Shown here piece by piece: positions 37,965-46,562 of a stretch of 64,000 nt of DNA; position 1 is the stretch's first letter, and each line of letters begins with the position of its first letter. The notes under the pieces are model-generated. The model saw only the letters and a list, made by a program, of their open reading frames with translations. It was not told the DNA's origin and ran no database searches. The stretch lies in assembly GCA_964640175.1 (NCBI GenBank), contig CAZXFW010000002.1:198257-262256 (forward strand), read 5' to 3'. The stretch is from an uncultured Polyangiales bacterium (GTDB lineage Bacteria; Myxococcota_A; Polyangia; Polyangiales; GCA-016699535). The position numbers and the translations under genes are program-made.

Positions 37965-40961
37965 CTAACGATCACCCATATACCCGAGCGCTTTGAGTTT
38001 CGCAGCCGCATCCTCATCGTGTTCAATATTAATGGGCTTACGACGTACCGCTGCATGCCGCGCCATTTTACTCGCCTTGATGAGTGTCTTATCAACATCC
38101 TGCACCACCTGAGGCTGTTTGCTTGCTAGATCATCTTTTTCCTTCGGATCCATTCCAACTTCATAGAGTTCCGTAGCGTTAAGCCCACGTGGATTGCCTT
38201 CATTGGCCCGGATCAGTTTGTATGCACCGGAATCTTTGCGCTCACGCACGGCCTCTAGCACATTGCCTTCGTGGTTTTCTTCGGCATACACCAAATCCGT
38301 CCCCTCAAACACATCTCCGCCTTGCACGCCCTTAGGAACCTCAAGCCCAAGCTTTAAAAGCAACGTTGGCATGATATCGATGCTTTGCACCCAATGCGAC
38401 ACCACCTCAGAGCCGCGCTGATTGCGCGGCAGCTTGATCAAAAGCGGCACCCGCAACTGCTCGTCATACAACGTCGTGCCGTGCCAAAACCCCCCATGCT
38501 CGCCAAACTCTTCACCATGATCCGATGTGACAACAATCACCATGTCGTCATATAGCTTATCCGCCTTGAGGCGATGGATAAGCGCGCCAAACTGCGTATC
38601 CCAGTATCCAATTTCACCATCGTAAAGGTCGCGCAAACGCTGAGCTTCGTTTAGCTCAGGCTTGAGATGCGCCGCGCGCGCATACCCCGTGCCATTGTAA
38701 GGATGCTCAAAATACGGATCGTGAGGGTCCATGTACCCCACAAACATAAACCAAGGCTTCTGAGGCGCACGCGTTAGCCATTGAAACACGGTTTGGTTAA
38801 CGGCGCGCGCATCCTGATACGCGGTACCTGGCTCAACTCGCCCTTGCTTGGCGCGCCAACTTTCAATCTTTTGTTTGAGAAATTGCACCAAAAGCAACTT
38901 GGCCGACACATCGTCTGCTCCCAACACAAAATTTGGCTCGAGGTAATGGTATTCATCAAACCCTTGCTGAAAATTAAAATAGGGTGCGACGTTGTAGTTC
39001 GTGACTACACCCAACGTCGAAAAACCACTGTGTTGGAGCACTTCCGGTAACGTCTGAAGCGCATCAGGCAAGGCATCGTTCTTAGCCATGACCCCATGGC
39101 TGGATGGCAACCGCCCAGTCAGAAGTGACGCAAAGCTAGGCCGTGTCCATGACGCATTCACAAAGGCTTGATCAAATCGCACCGCATCTTTGGCAAACGC
39201 ATCTAAATGAGGCGTACGAACCTCGCCGTATCCGTAAAGCGGCAAATGGTCTGCTCTCAAGGTGTCCACCACGATGAAAAGCACATTGCTTTTTGTCGCA
39301 CTCCCTTGACCAGACTGCCCCCCGTTCAACGTCCCCTTAACCGCACTCGAAGCAGAGTGCGCCTGCGTGACCCACAACCCAAGCACGCACCCCGCCATCA
39401 CCACCGCCGAAAGCCAAAATGTTTGGATGGCAGGGCCAAACGCACGGCGCATTACGTTCCACAGGGTTAAAACTATATATGTTAGCACAATTGTGCCTAA
39501 TACGCATCCCAGAGCCACCATCGCGCCTTTGGGGCCACGCCAGTGAAGCTGCTCGTGAAACACATCACGTCGTATACGAAACGCACCAAGCCCTAAACAA
39601 AGCACCCCAAAGACACTGCTAAACATCAGCGACGTGAGTCGCTCCGGGCTCAAAAGGCCTCTGGAACGCCACCGCTGCAAAACAACCACAACCACACTCC
39701 CTGCCCCACCAAGACACGCCCCCAGTACGCCATAAGCCACTGGACCATAAAAGAGCACGCGATGTTGCGCATGATCGCCCGACATGCTCACGACAAGAGC
39801 CTCCAGCACACCGATGAATATGCCTGCCCATGCCCCCGAAGCCACCGAACGCCTTAGAACCTCATGCCACGGTAACAAAGGCGTTCGCCCAGGCTCACGT
39901 GAACTCTCCACCACATCGGAATGCACCTCATCGGATTCATCCACGTGAATATCCGGACGGTACGTGGGCTTTCTCAACATAAACAAAACCCCGCCCGATG
40001 CGGAAACAAGCATCTCTGCAGCAAACCCCACGATAGGAATCAACACGGCCTCTGTCGCAGGTATGCCAAGTCGCGTGTAAAGCGCCACCGCAGCGGCTTC
40101 ACGTAATCCAATGCCGTTGATAGACGCAGGAAGCAACGTCGCCAAGATTTGCAACGAAGAGCCAAAAAACACTTCTCCCACGCCAAGCTTCACATCCAGA
40201 GCGCGAGCTGCACACACAAAGACCAAGTTGTTAAAGGCATGTGTCCCAATGCCTAAAAGCGCCGCTTGAATCAAAAGGCGCATCTTGCCTTGGTACGCAC
40301 ACACCGCTTCCACCAAGCTTGCTACTTTTGCCTGAACACCGTGAGGGAGTTTACGTGCAAGCCACCGAAACACTTGGGGACGAGCAAGCAGTGTGATTCC
40401 CACCACCATGATGCCCGCAAACATCGCGTTAACCAGCAACACCCCTCGAATCCCAATAAACCGTACACCGTAAAGCGAGGCCAGCATCACGACGACGCCA
40501 AACGCAAGTTGGCCCAACACCATCTCGACACCGATCGTCGCCGTGGCACGAGCCGTCTTTCCGGTATGTTTTGCAATGTCGTAAATGCGCCAACCGCCAT
40601 GGCCCGTAAACCCGCCAGGCGTAAAGGCGCCCCAAAACCGTGCAATCAAAAATGACGCACCTAAAAATCCCCACGACGCGTGAATGCCTTGTCCCTTTAA
40701 CAGCCAGCCCCAGCGCACCACGCTGCAAACGACCGCACACAGCATCATCACCACGGCAAGCGCAAACCAGCCAAAAGAAAGCCCACCCAAGCGCTGCCAC
40801 AATGCATCGGCCCCGTGTTGCTCGGTGACTTTGTGGAAAATCACCCAGAGCATGGCCACAGAAAACCCAACTTTAACGGCTAAGATTAGTTTTTTCTTGA
40901 CGGTAAGTGCCATAAACAAGGTGCCTTGTATCGAGCGATCCGCGCGAGGTAAAGCCATCAC
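37965..40961 (-). CDS. fusion: flippase-like (LPG-synthase TM) domain + extra TM block + sulfatase-fold (alkaline-phosphatase superfamily) domain
   Basis: N-terminal KKKLILAVKVGFSVAMLW... 8-TM region of the UPF0104/MprF-flippase type. C-terminal VVDTLRADHL, ASWTRPSFASLLTGR, VTSDHGE blocks of the sulfatase fold. Confidence 0.8.
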   Translation of the reverse strand: MMALPRADRSIQGTLFMALTVKKKLILAVKVGFSVAMLWVIFHKVTEQHGADALWQRLGGLSFGWFALAVVMMLCAVVCSVVRWGWLLKGQGIHASWGFLGASFLIARFWGAFTPGGFTGHGGWRIYDIAKHTGKTARATATIGVEMVLGQLAFGVVVMLASLYGVRFIGIRGVLLVNAMFAGIMVVGITLLARPQVFRWLARKLPHGVQAKVASLVEAVCAYQGKMRLLIQAALLGIGTHAFNNLVFVCAARALDVKLGVGEVFFGSSLQILATLLPASINGIGLREAAAVALYTRLGIPATEAVLIPIVGFAAEMLVSASGGVLFMLRKPTYRPDIHVDESDEVHSDVVESSREPGRTPLLPWHEVLRRSVASGAWAGIFIGVLEALVVSMSGDHAQHRVLFYGPVAYGVLGACLGGAGSVVVVVLQRWRSRGLLSPERLTSLMFSSVFGVLCLGLGAFRIRRDVFHEQLHWRGPKGAMVALGCVLGTIVLTYIVLTLWNVMRRAFGPAIQTFWLSAVVMAGCVLGLWVTQAHSASSAVKGTLNGGQSGQGSATKSNVLFIVVDTLRADHLPLYGYGEVRTPHLDAFAKDAVRFDQAFVNASWTRPSFASLLTGRLPSSHGVMAKNDALPDALQTLPEVLQHSGFSTLGVVTNYNVAPYFNFQQGFDEYHYLEPNFVLGADDVSAKLLLVQFLKQKIESWRAKQGRVEPGTAYQDARAVNQTVFQWLTRAPQKPWFMFVGYMDPHDPYFEHPYNGTGYARAAHLKPELNEAQRLRDLYDGEIGYWDTQFGALIHRLKADKLYDDMVIVVTSDHGEEFGEHGGFWHGTTLYDEQLRVPLLIKLPRNQRGSEVVSHWVQSIDIMPTLLLKLGLEVPKGVQGGDVFEGTDLVYAEENHEGNVLEAVRERKDSGAYKLIRANEGNPRGLNATELYEVGMDPKEKDDLASKQPQVVQDVDKTLIKASKMARHAAVRRKPINIEHDEDAAAKLKALGYMGDR

Positions 40962-41081
40962 GCTTACTTTTCCTTCAAATCGGCAAGCTAACCCACGAAA
41001 ATTATTGGATATACGAAATCGCCCTGCGCGCGTTCAGGGCTTGCTTCTCGTTTCGAGAGCGGGAATACTTCCTCACCTCTC

Positions 41082-42632
41082 ATGACCCACGATAAACTTT
41101 GTTGTGTATGCAATAAGCCCCTCAGTGACGACGACGCTCGCGAACTCGGCGGTCGCTTTTTTTGTGAGCGACACCATCAGAGCGCATTCCATAATATTGG
41201 CTCGCGTTGGAGTCGGACGGGGTTAATCGAGATTGGCTTTATTGCGTTATGCGCGGCTGCGCTGACGTGGTTTGGTGGCACCGAGCCCACCCGCTTGAGC
41301 TGGCCGCTCACCATGAGTGTGGCTGGTGTACTTACTCTATTGTGGATGCGGTACATCTATCGGCTCGATCGTGTGGAGCCTGAACCTCTTCCTCTTGTCT
41401 TTGGCGTGTTGATCCTCGGCGGTCTCATTGCCAAAGCCATAGGCGACCCCATCATTCATCAGTTGTTTCGTATTGATACATGGAGACACATCCCACCGTA
41501 TGCACCTTGGGTTGCAACCGTTGGTGTCGTCGGCGTGGTACAACAGCTATGTAACTACCTTGCCATGCGCTACAGCGTGTATTTTACACGCGAGCTCGAT
41601 GAACCTCTGGATGCCGTGGTGTATTCGGCTGCAGCCGGCTTAGGCATTGCAACCGTATCCAATGTCGAGTTTGCCCTTTCGGTCGATGCCATCGTGCCCT
41701 TTAACGCCGCGGTTGCCATGGCGTCCCATTCGTTAATCCATGTCGCAGCCGCCACGGTGCTGGGCTACGGCATGGCACGCGCGCGCTTTTGGACCAAACA
41801 CCGAACCCTTTGGGCCTGCGGCTGCTTCCTACTTTCTGCACTCATTAATGGCGGCGGCAAACAACTCGCCATGCTGGCAGGTATTCATGGCGGCGACTAT
41901 GAACCGTGGCTCACCCTCGCAGTGGCTGGCGGCGCAGCCGCATTGATTCTAGTGAGCATTGACATCATCACGGCACGCCTAAGTGTCGAAAGCTTTTCAG
42001 GGATTCGTCACGATGGTCGCCCTTACCCTAAAAGCAACTATGCAAGCTTTGTGTCACCTACGTTGGTGGACCCACAGATATGGGTCGTCGTAGTCATCCC
42101 TTTGCTCGCAACCGTGGGATTTCGTGACTATGTCGTCGCTCCTGAAAAAGACATCCGCGTGTTTGGAGGGAATGTCCAGCTACATTTGCCTTTTGGATGG
42201 ACAGGAAAGCAACAAAACGACAGCTACAACGCCGAAGCGAGTTCCATGAGCGAATTCAGCCCTCAAATACGCATTCAAACACTGCCCGCAAGTGCGCCGG
42301 CCTCTGCCTCCTTGCTCTCAAGCGAACTTGAAGCAATCACTGAAGAACGGCAAGACGCCGATCCTAGCTTCCGCGTCATTCATCAAGAAACCAAACGCGC
42401 CTTTGGAGGACGCCCTTCTGTATGGGCTTATGTTGGCAGAGTCCAAGAGCCAGATCTTATGGGATTTGGAGGATCCACGGAACTGCCCATTGTAATTGCT
42501 GGCTATGAGATTTTGGTGCTTGATGCCCATGGAACGATTTACCACATTCACGCTGCGGCTCCAGCCGCAGATTTAGAAGCTTCTCATAGTGAGCTTTTAA
42601 CCGTCCTTGACAGTATAGAATTTCACCAATGA
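41082..42632 (+). CDS. PrsW-like polytopic membrane protein with N-terminal zinc-ribbon-like motif and C-terminal extracytoplasmic domain
   Basis: CCVCN..(x17)..CERHH; PrsW-like blocks YRLDRVEPEP and LDEPLDAVVYSAAAGLGIATVSNVEF; a further ~200 aa tail. Confidence 0.6.
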   Translation: MTHDKLCCVCNKPLSDDDARELGGRFFCERHHQSAFHNIGSRWSRTGLIEIGFIALCAAALTWFGGTEPTRLSWPLTMSVAGVLTLLWMRYIYRLDRVEPEPLPLVFGVLILGGLIAKAIGDPIIHQLFRIDTWRHIPPYAPWVATVGVVGVVQQLCNYLAMRYSVYFTRELDEPLDAVVYSAAAGLGIATVSNVEFALSVDAIVPFNAAVAMASHSLIHVAAATVLGYGMARARFWTKHRTLWACGCFLLSALINGGGKQLAMLAGIHGGDYEPWLTLAVAGGAAALILVSIDIITARLSVESFSGIRHDGRPYPKSNYASFVSPTLVDPQIWVVVVIPLLATVGFRDYVVAPEKDIRVFGGNVQLHLPFGWTGKQQNDSYNAEASSMSEFSPQIRIQTLPASAPASASLLSSELEAITEERQDADPSFRVIHQETKRAFGGRPSVWAYVGRVQEPDLMGFGGSTELPIVIAGYEILVLDAHGTIYHIHAAAPAADLEASHSELLTVLDSIEFHQ

Positions 42633-44077
42633 AACGCTTCATCCAAACAACCTGGTGGCTGGCTGCTGTGCTTACGTTTACGCTAAGCGCGCCTTCTCTG
42701 CATGCACAAGATCCGAGCCGCACGATGTTAGAACGTGCGGCTCCTGCCGCGGTCCGGATTCGGGCGGTCCGCGGCGTACCGGCACCCGCCACAGGTATCG
42801 TCATTGATCGCCGTGGCTATGTGATCACCAACTTTCATGCAGTGGGATACATCGATGCGGCCAAAGGCGTACCAGGAACGTTGTTCAGTGCTTCCAACCG
42901 CTATGAACTTGAGCTTCCTGATCCTAGCTCCGATGAACCCTCGGTATGGGTGGCGCGTGTCGTACGCGGTGACATTCGTGCCGACCTCGCACTTTTGCGT
43001 TTAATGGCACCCATGGGCCCAGAACAAAACCGTGATCATTTTAGCAGCATCGCGCTTGGCTCTACCCAAAATGTGGGACGCAATTCCGTGTTATGGGCTC
43101 TTGGATACAAGGGAGCGTCGTCCAAGCCCGTTCTTACACACGTCACCGTGCGTGACATTCAACGCAGCCAACTCAGTCGCTTGTCCTGGATTTTTTTCAA
43201 ACCTGGTGTGGACAAGGAGTTCACAGGCGGAGTGTTGCTCGATTCCATGGTCAACATGGTGGCCATACCTACCGCAACTCTCGACACCTCGAAAGGCTCC
43301 ACCATCGAACGTGCCCGCCCTGTTGAACGAATCAGCACCGACTGGTTGGATGCCCTGCGTCGTGGTCACATCCACGACACACGCATCGATGGCTTTAAGC
43401 CGCTTGCAGACGGCGGCGAGCTTCACGATCTGGCAGAAGGTGATAGCCCTTCCCGAGAACAGAGTCACTTTTTTAAAGCTCCAAACCGTCGTCCAGTCGC
43501 TGTCACCGTCACCCCTCCACTTCCACTCACACTGCTCGGTACAGACGGCAAAGTTCTTAACAAAGGCAGTGGCACCCTCACCGTGCGTAGCCAAGATCCT
43601 CAACTTGCTGTCATTGAAGTCGACGTATCCCAGAGCCTCAAGCATGCGCTCGCTTACAGTGTGCGCACCGGTTCACCAGGAACCATTCCGAGCAAAGACG
43701 CCACAAAAACCACCATGGTCGCTGCAGGCAAAGGAATCGTAAGTGGCCGCATGGTACATGCGGTTACGGGCGAACCTCTTAAAGACGCCGTGGTGAGCAT
43801 AGGCTATCCCGGCACAAACATGGAAAAGCTCATCGGGCGGTTTTTAAGAGGTGAAGTCAGCCGCAGTGAATTACAAACCCAGCTCCTTGGTCAAGCGCGC
43901 ACCGATCGCAACGGACGGTTTCAAATCCGCAACCTTCCTCATGGAAAGGACCTTCCCATCGCGGGTTACAAGATGACCTTCCGCCCCGTCTACCTGAGTG
44001 CACAGATCAGCCCCACGGATCTCAAGCTGGATCTTGGCAACATTAAGATGACGTATTGGGAGCCCATTGCCTATTAG
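42629..44077 (+). CDS. secreted trypsin-like (S1C/Trypsin_2-like) domain protein with C-terminal carboxypeptidase-regulatory-like domain
   Basis: Signal peptide, GIVIDRRGYVITNFHAV (His), DLALLRL (Asp), EFTGGVLLD at the GNSGG position. C-terminal VSGRMVHAVTGEPLKDAVV ... GRFQIRNLPHG. Start overlaps the upstream stop (ATGA). Confidence 0.65.
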   Translation: MKRFIQTTWWLAAVLTFTLSAPSLHAQDPSRTMLERAAPAAVRIRAVRGVPAPATGIVIDRRGYVITNFHAVGYIDAAKGVPGTLFSASNRYELELPDPSSDEPSVWVARVVRGDIRADLALLRLMAPMGPEQNRDHFSSIALGSTQNVGRNSVLWALGYKGASSKPVLTHVTVRDIQRSQLSRLSWIFFKPGVDKEFTGGVLLDSMVNMVAIPTATLDTSKGSTIERARPVERISTDWLDALRRGHIHDTRIDGFKPLADGGELHDLAEGDSPSREQSHFFKAPNRRPVAVTVTPPLPLTLLGTDGKVLNKGSGTLTVRSQDPQLAVIEVDVSQSLKHALAYSVRTGSPGTIPSKDATKTTMVAAGKGIVSGRMVHAVTGEPLKDAVVSIGYPGTNMEKLIGRFLRGEVSRSELQTQLLGQARTDRNGRFQIRNLPHGKDLPIAGYKMTFRPVYLSAQISPTDLKLDLGNIKMTYWEPIAY

Positions 44078-44117
44078 AACCCGCTTCAAAGGTATGCTAT
44101 AGGCACCTTGACTCGCT

Positions 44118-45083
44118 ATGGCCACTTCATCTGCCCGCCGCACGCTTATCGCATGCACTGATCTGTCGCGTAACTCGCTGCCAGCCCTTAAACAGGCTGC
44201 TTGGCTCGCTGCCACCCTGGACTATGCCGTCCAGCTTGTCTTTGTGGTGGATCCATTGTCCGTGTTGGACAAAGGAAAGCGCACTACCAATCAAGGAGAA
44301 CAACTTCGCGAGTGGGCAAACACCCAGCTGAAATTATTGCAGGAAAAGATTTTTACAGGCATAACAGCAGAAGCTTCCCTCATCGAACTGAATGAACAAG
44401 CGTGGTGGAGCGAGCTGACCAAGCCTTTCGACAACCATGCAATCGCCCAAGCCATTTGTGAAAAGGCGAAGCACTCTCAAGCCGATGTCGTGGTACTAGG
44501 AACCCATGGTCATGCAGGACTGAGTGAGTTGGTACTCGGCACCGTCGCCACACGCGTCATGAAACTCGCCCACTGTGACGTACTGACTGTCAGGCCCACT
44601 GAATCGGAGCAAAGTGACGCGCCTCTTGACCTCGAACACTTACCCACATCTCCAGCGCCTAAAAAACTGCAACACATTTTGTGTCCAATAGACTTTTCGG
44701 AATGCTCACGGCTTGCGTTAGGCCGAGCCGTACACCTTGCCCAAGCCTCTAATGCCACTGTCCACATTATGCACAGTTATCGGGTGCCTTTTTGGATGGG
44801 TCCGGGCTCCAATGACATGGCACACCAACTTTCAGATCAAGTTAAACAGTCCATGGAAGAAGCGGCACAACATTACGCCAACAGTGGCATTTTGTTTCAA
44901 TGCCATGTGGCGCTAGGCCGCCCACCCATGGCGATTCGAACACTTGCCCAAGAACTCAACATCGACGCCATTGTCATGGGGACGTTAGGACAAACGGCCC
45001 TCAACGAATTGCTTATCGGCAGTGTGACCGAACGCGCCGTACGGATGGCACCGTGCCCTGTCTTGGCGGTTCGCAATCGATGA
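44118..45083 (+). CDS. universal stress protein, tandem Usp domains
   Basis: Two Usp modules, each ending in the ATP-binding pattern (VVLGTHGHAGLSELVLGTVA; VMGTLGQTALNELLIGSVTE). Confidence 0.85.
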   Translation: MATSSARRTLIACTDLSRNSLPALKQAAWLAATLDYAVQLVFVVDPLSVLDKGKRTTNQGEQLREWANTQLKLLQEKIFTGITAEASLIELNEQAWWSELTKPFDNHAIAQAICEKAKHSQADVVVLGTHGHAGLSELVLGTVATRVMKLAHCDVLTVRPTESEQSDAPLDLEHLPTSPAPKKLQHILCPIDFSECSRLALGRAVHLAQASNATVHIMHSYRVPFWMGPGSNDMAHQLSDQVKQSMEEAAQHYANSGILFQCHVALGRPPMAIRTLAQELNIDAIVMGTLGQTALNELLIGSVTERAVRMAPCPVLAVRNR

Positions 45084-46387
45084 CCCGCTTGCACACCATC
45101 CTCGGAGTGCTGGGGCTACTCACGCTGCTCCATGGTGGCTGTAGCCGCAAACGTACACAAGACACAGTCGCCGAACCCGCACAGCCTGCTTCTGCCACGG
45201 CTCCTTTGAAAGCGAACGATCTCAAAAACGGCCTTCTCCTTAGCTATGCCCAATTCCGCATAGGCCCCAATGGCAACGTAACTTCGGAGCCAGGCCCTGC
45301 GCGCTTGGAGATTCTCCGAAAACAACAAGGCAAATGGCACGTGGACGTCATTGAAGATGCCGATAGCAATGTGTTTCACAAAGCCATGGTTTTCAGTTTA
45401 CCAGGGCAGAAACCGGGCATTTTAACACTGGGCGGCACCAAAGCCATCGTCAAGCTATGGCATCACCATCCAAACGGCTATCAAGCCAATATCCTGTGGC
45501 AAGCCCAATTCGGCGGCAAATTCGATCGGATGAGAGATGCTGAAATCGCAGATATCTATGGCACTTCCATTCCTGCAATCGTTGTAGGCACCCATGATCA
45601 AGGCGTCGTTGCTGTCTTACAGCCTTCCAAAACAGGTCAGATCGAAGTGCACACCATCGACAAAGAGGCCAACACCTTCATCCATGAAATCGAAGTCGGA
45701 GACTTAGACAACGATGGCACCTTGGAAATCTACGCCACGCCAAGTGAGCCCAACAAGCTAGGCGGCGGAAGCCAACAAGGCAGTGTGGTGCGCTACGTCC
45801 CCAAACAGAAACAAGGGCGTCAACTTGTCGCCAATTTGGGAAATCGACACGCGAAAGAAATCTATGTCGGCGACGTTGACGGAGACCACCGCGATGAACT
45901 GTACGTCGCCGTAGAAGCCCTCACGAAACAAACCGATCAAGGCGTAACCATCGTGGAACCTGTCGAAATCCGCCGCTTTGATTACGGCACAGCTCCCACC
46001 TCTGGCAAAATCGTAGCGACGATACCCGATCGGCTTTGCCGGTTTCTTACCGTGGGCGACATCGACGGCGACGGACAGCGTGAAATGGTAGCCGCAGCCT
46101 ACCGCAGTGGGTTATGGCTGCTACGGCCAAACAAGGATCCCAAGGCGCCCTGGAGCGTCGAAAATATCGAACACGAATCCTCTGGATTTGAACACGCTGC
46201 TATCTTTGCCGATCTCGATGAAAACGGCCGCTCTGAGCTCTACGTCGCGGCCGATGAACAAGGCGAGCTGCGTCAATATACATGGGAACATGGAAAGCGT
46301 CATCGCGAGACATTGCTTCGTCGGCCCAATCCCAAGGCACTGATCACCTGGAACATTGTTCCTTACCCTATCAGCCTCTTCGATTGA
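45080..46387 (+). CDS. FG-GAP/VCBS-repeat lipoprotein
   Basis: Start moved to ATG 45080 (ATGA overlap with usp). Lipobox LLHGGC. Repeated Ca-binding-like loops: GDLDNDGTLEIY, GDVDGDHRDELY, GDIDGDGQREMV, ADLDENGRSELY. Confidence 0.75.
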   Translation: MTRLHTILGVLGLLTLLHGGCSRKRTQDTVAEPAQPASATAPLKANDLKNGLLLSYAQFRIGPNGNVTSEPGPARLEILRKQQGKWHVDVIEDADSNVFHKAMVFSLPGQKPGILTLGGTKAIVKLWHHHPNGYQANILWQAQFGGKFDRMRDAEIADIYGTSIPAIVVGTHDQGVVAVLQPSKTGQIEVHTIDKEANTFIHEIEVGDLDNDGTLEIYATPSEPNKLGGGSQQGSVVRYVPKQKQGRQLVANLGNRHAKEIYVGDVDGDHRDELYVAVEALTKQTDQGVTIVEPVEIRRFDYGTAPTSGKIVATIPDRLCRFLTVGDIDGDGQREMVAAAYRSGLWLLRPNKDPKAPWSVENIEHESSGFEHAAIFADLDENGRSELYVAADEQGELRQYTWEHGKRHRETLLRRPNPKALITWNIVPYPISLFD

Positions 46388-46388
46388 T
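46353..46388 (+). repeat. direct repeat copy 1 (36 bp; encodes the last codons and stop of the FG-GAP gene)
   Basis: ACATTGTTCCTTACCCTATCAGCCTCTTCGATTGAT, versus copy 2 at 47714-47749 with 2 mismatches. Weaker similarity continues about 8 bp further. Confidence 0.9.
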
Positions 46389-46507
46389 GCTTGAGGATGA
46401 TGTTGGGCCTCGATAAAGGCAGATAAAGGTCGATCCCACTGATAGCGCGACTGCGGTCCTGGCATCGTTGGATCCCATGCCCGCGTCACGACTAAATTCA
46501 CACTAAT

Positions 46508-46562
46508 GTCAAAATTGACGTGACAAAATTGACATAGACGTCAATTTTGCTATATTAGCCAC
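46508..46562 (+). promoter_or_regulatory. sigma70-like promoter with three operator-like repeat copies; apparently leaderless
   Basis: TTGACA (46529-46534), 16-nt spacer, TATATT (46551-46556), and ATG only 6 nt later. The motif CAAAATTGAC occurs at 46510-46519 and 46524-46533, and inverted (GTCAATTTTG) at 46540-46549. Confidence 0.6.

Noticed and set aside
43032-43742. 236-aa alternative-frame ORF (and the 184-aa antisense ORF at 43091-43645) within the S1-like gene
   Set aside because: The annotated frame carries the His and Asp protease contexts and a signal peptide. The alternatives are featureless.
44900-45079. 60-codon N-terminal extension of the FG-GAP ORF overlapping usp in another frame
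   Set aside because: The extension is Arg/His/Cys-rich and has no signal peptide. ATG 45080 gives a perfect lipoprotein signal and an ATGA coupling to usp.
46121-46501. 126-aa minus-strand ORF spanning the cassette's left junction
   Set aside because: It crosses the FG-GAP 3' end in antisense and has no recognisable motif. I checked it as a possible recombinase remnant and found nothing to support that.
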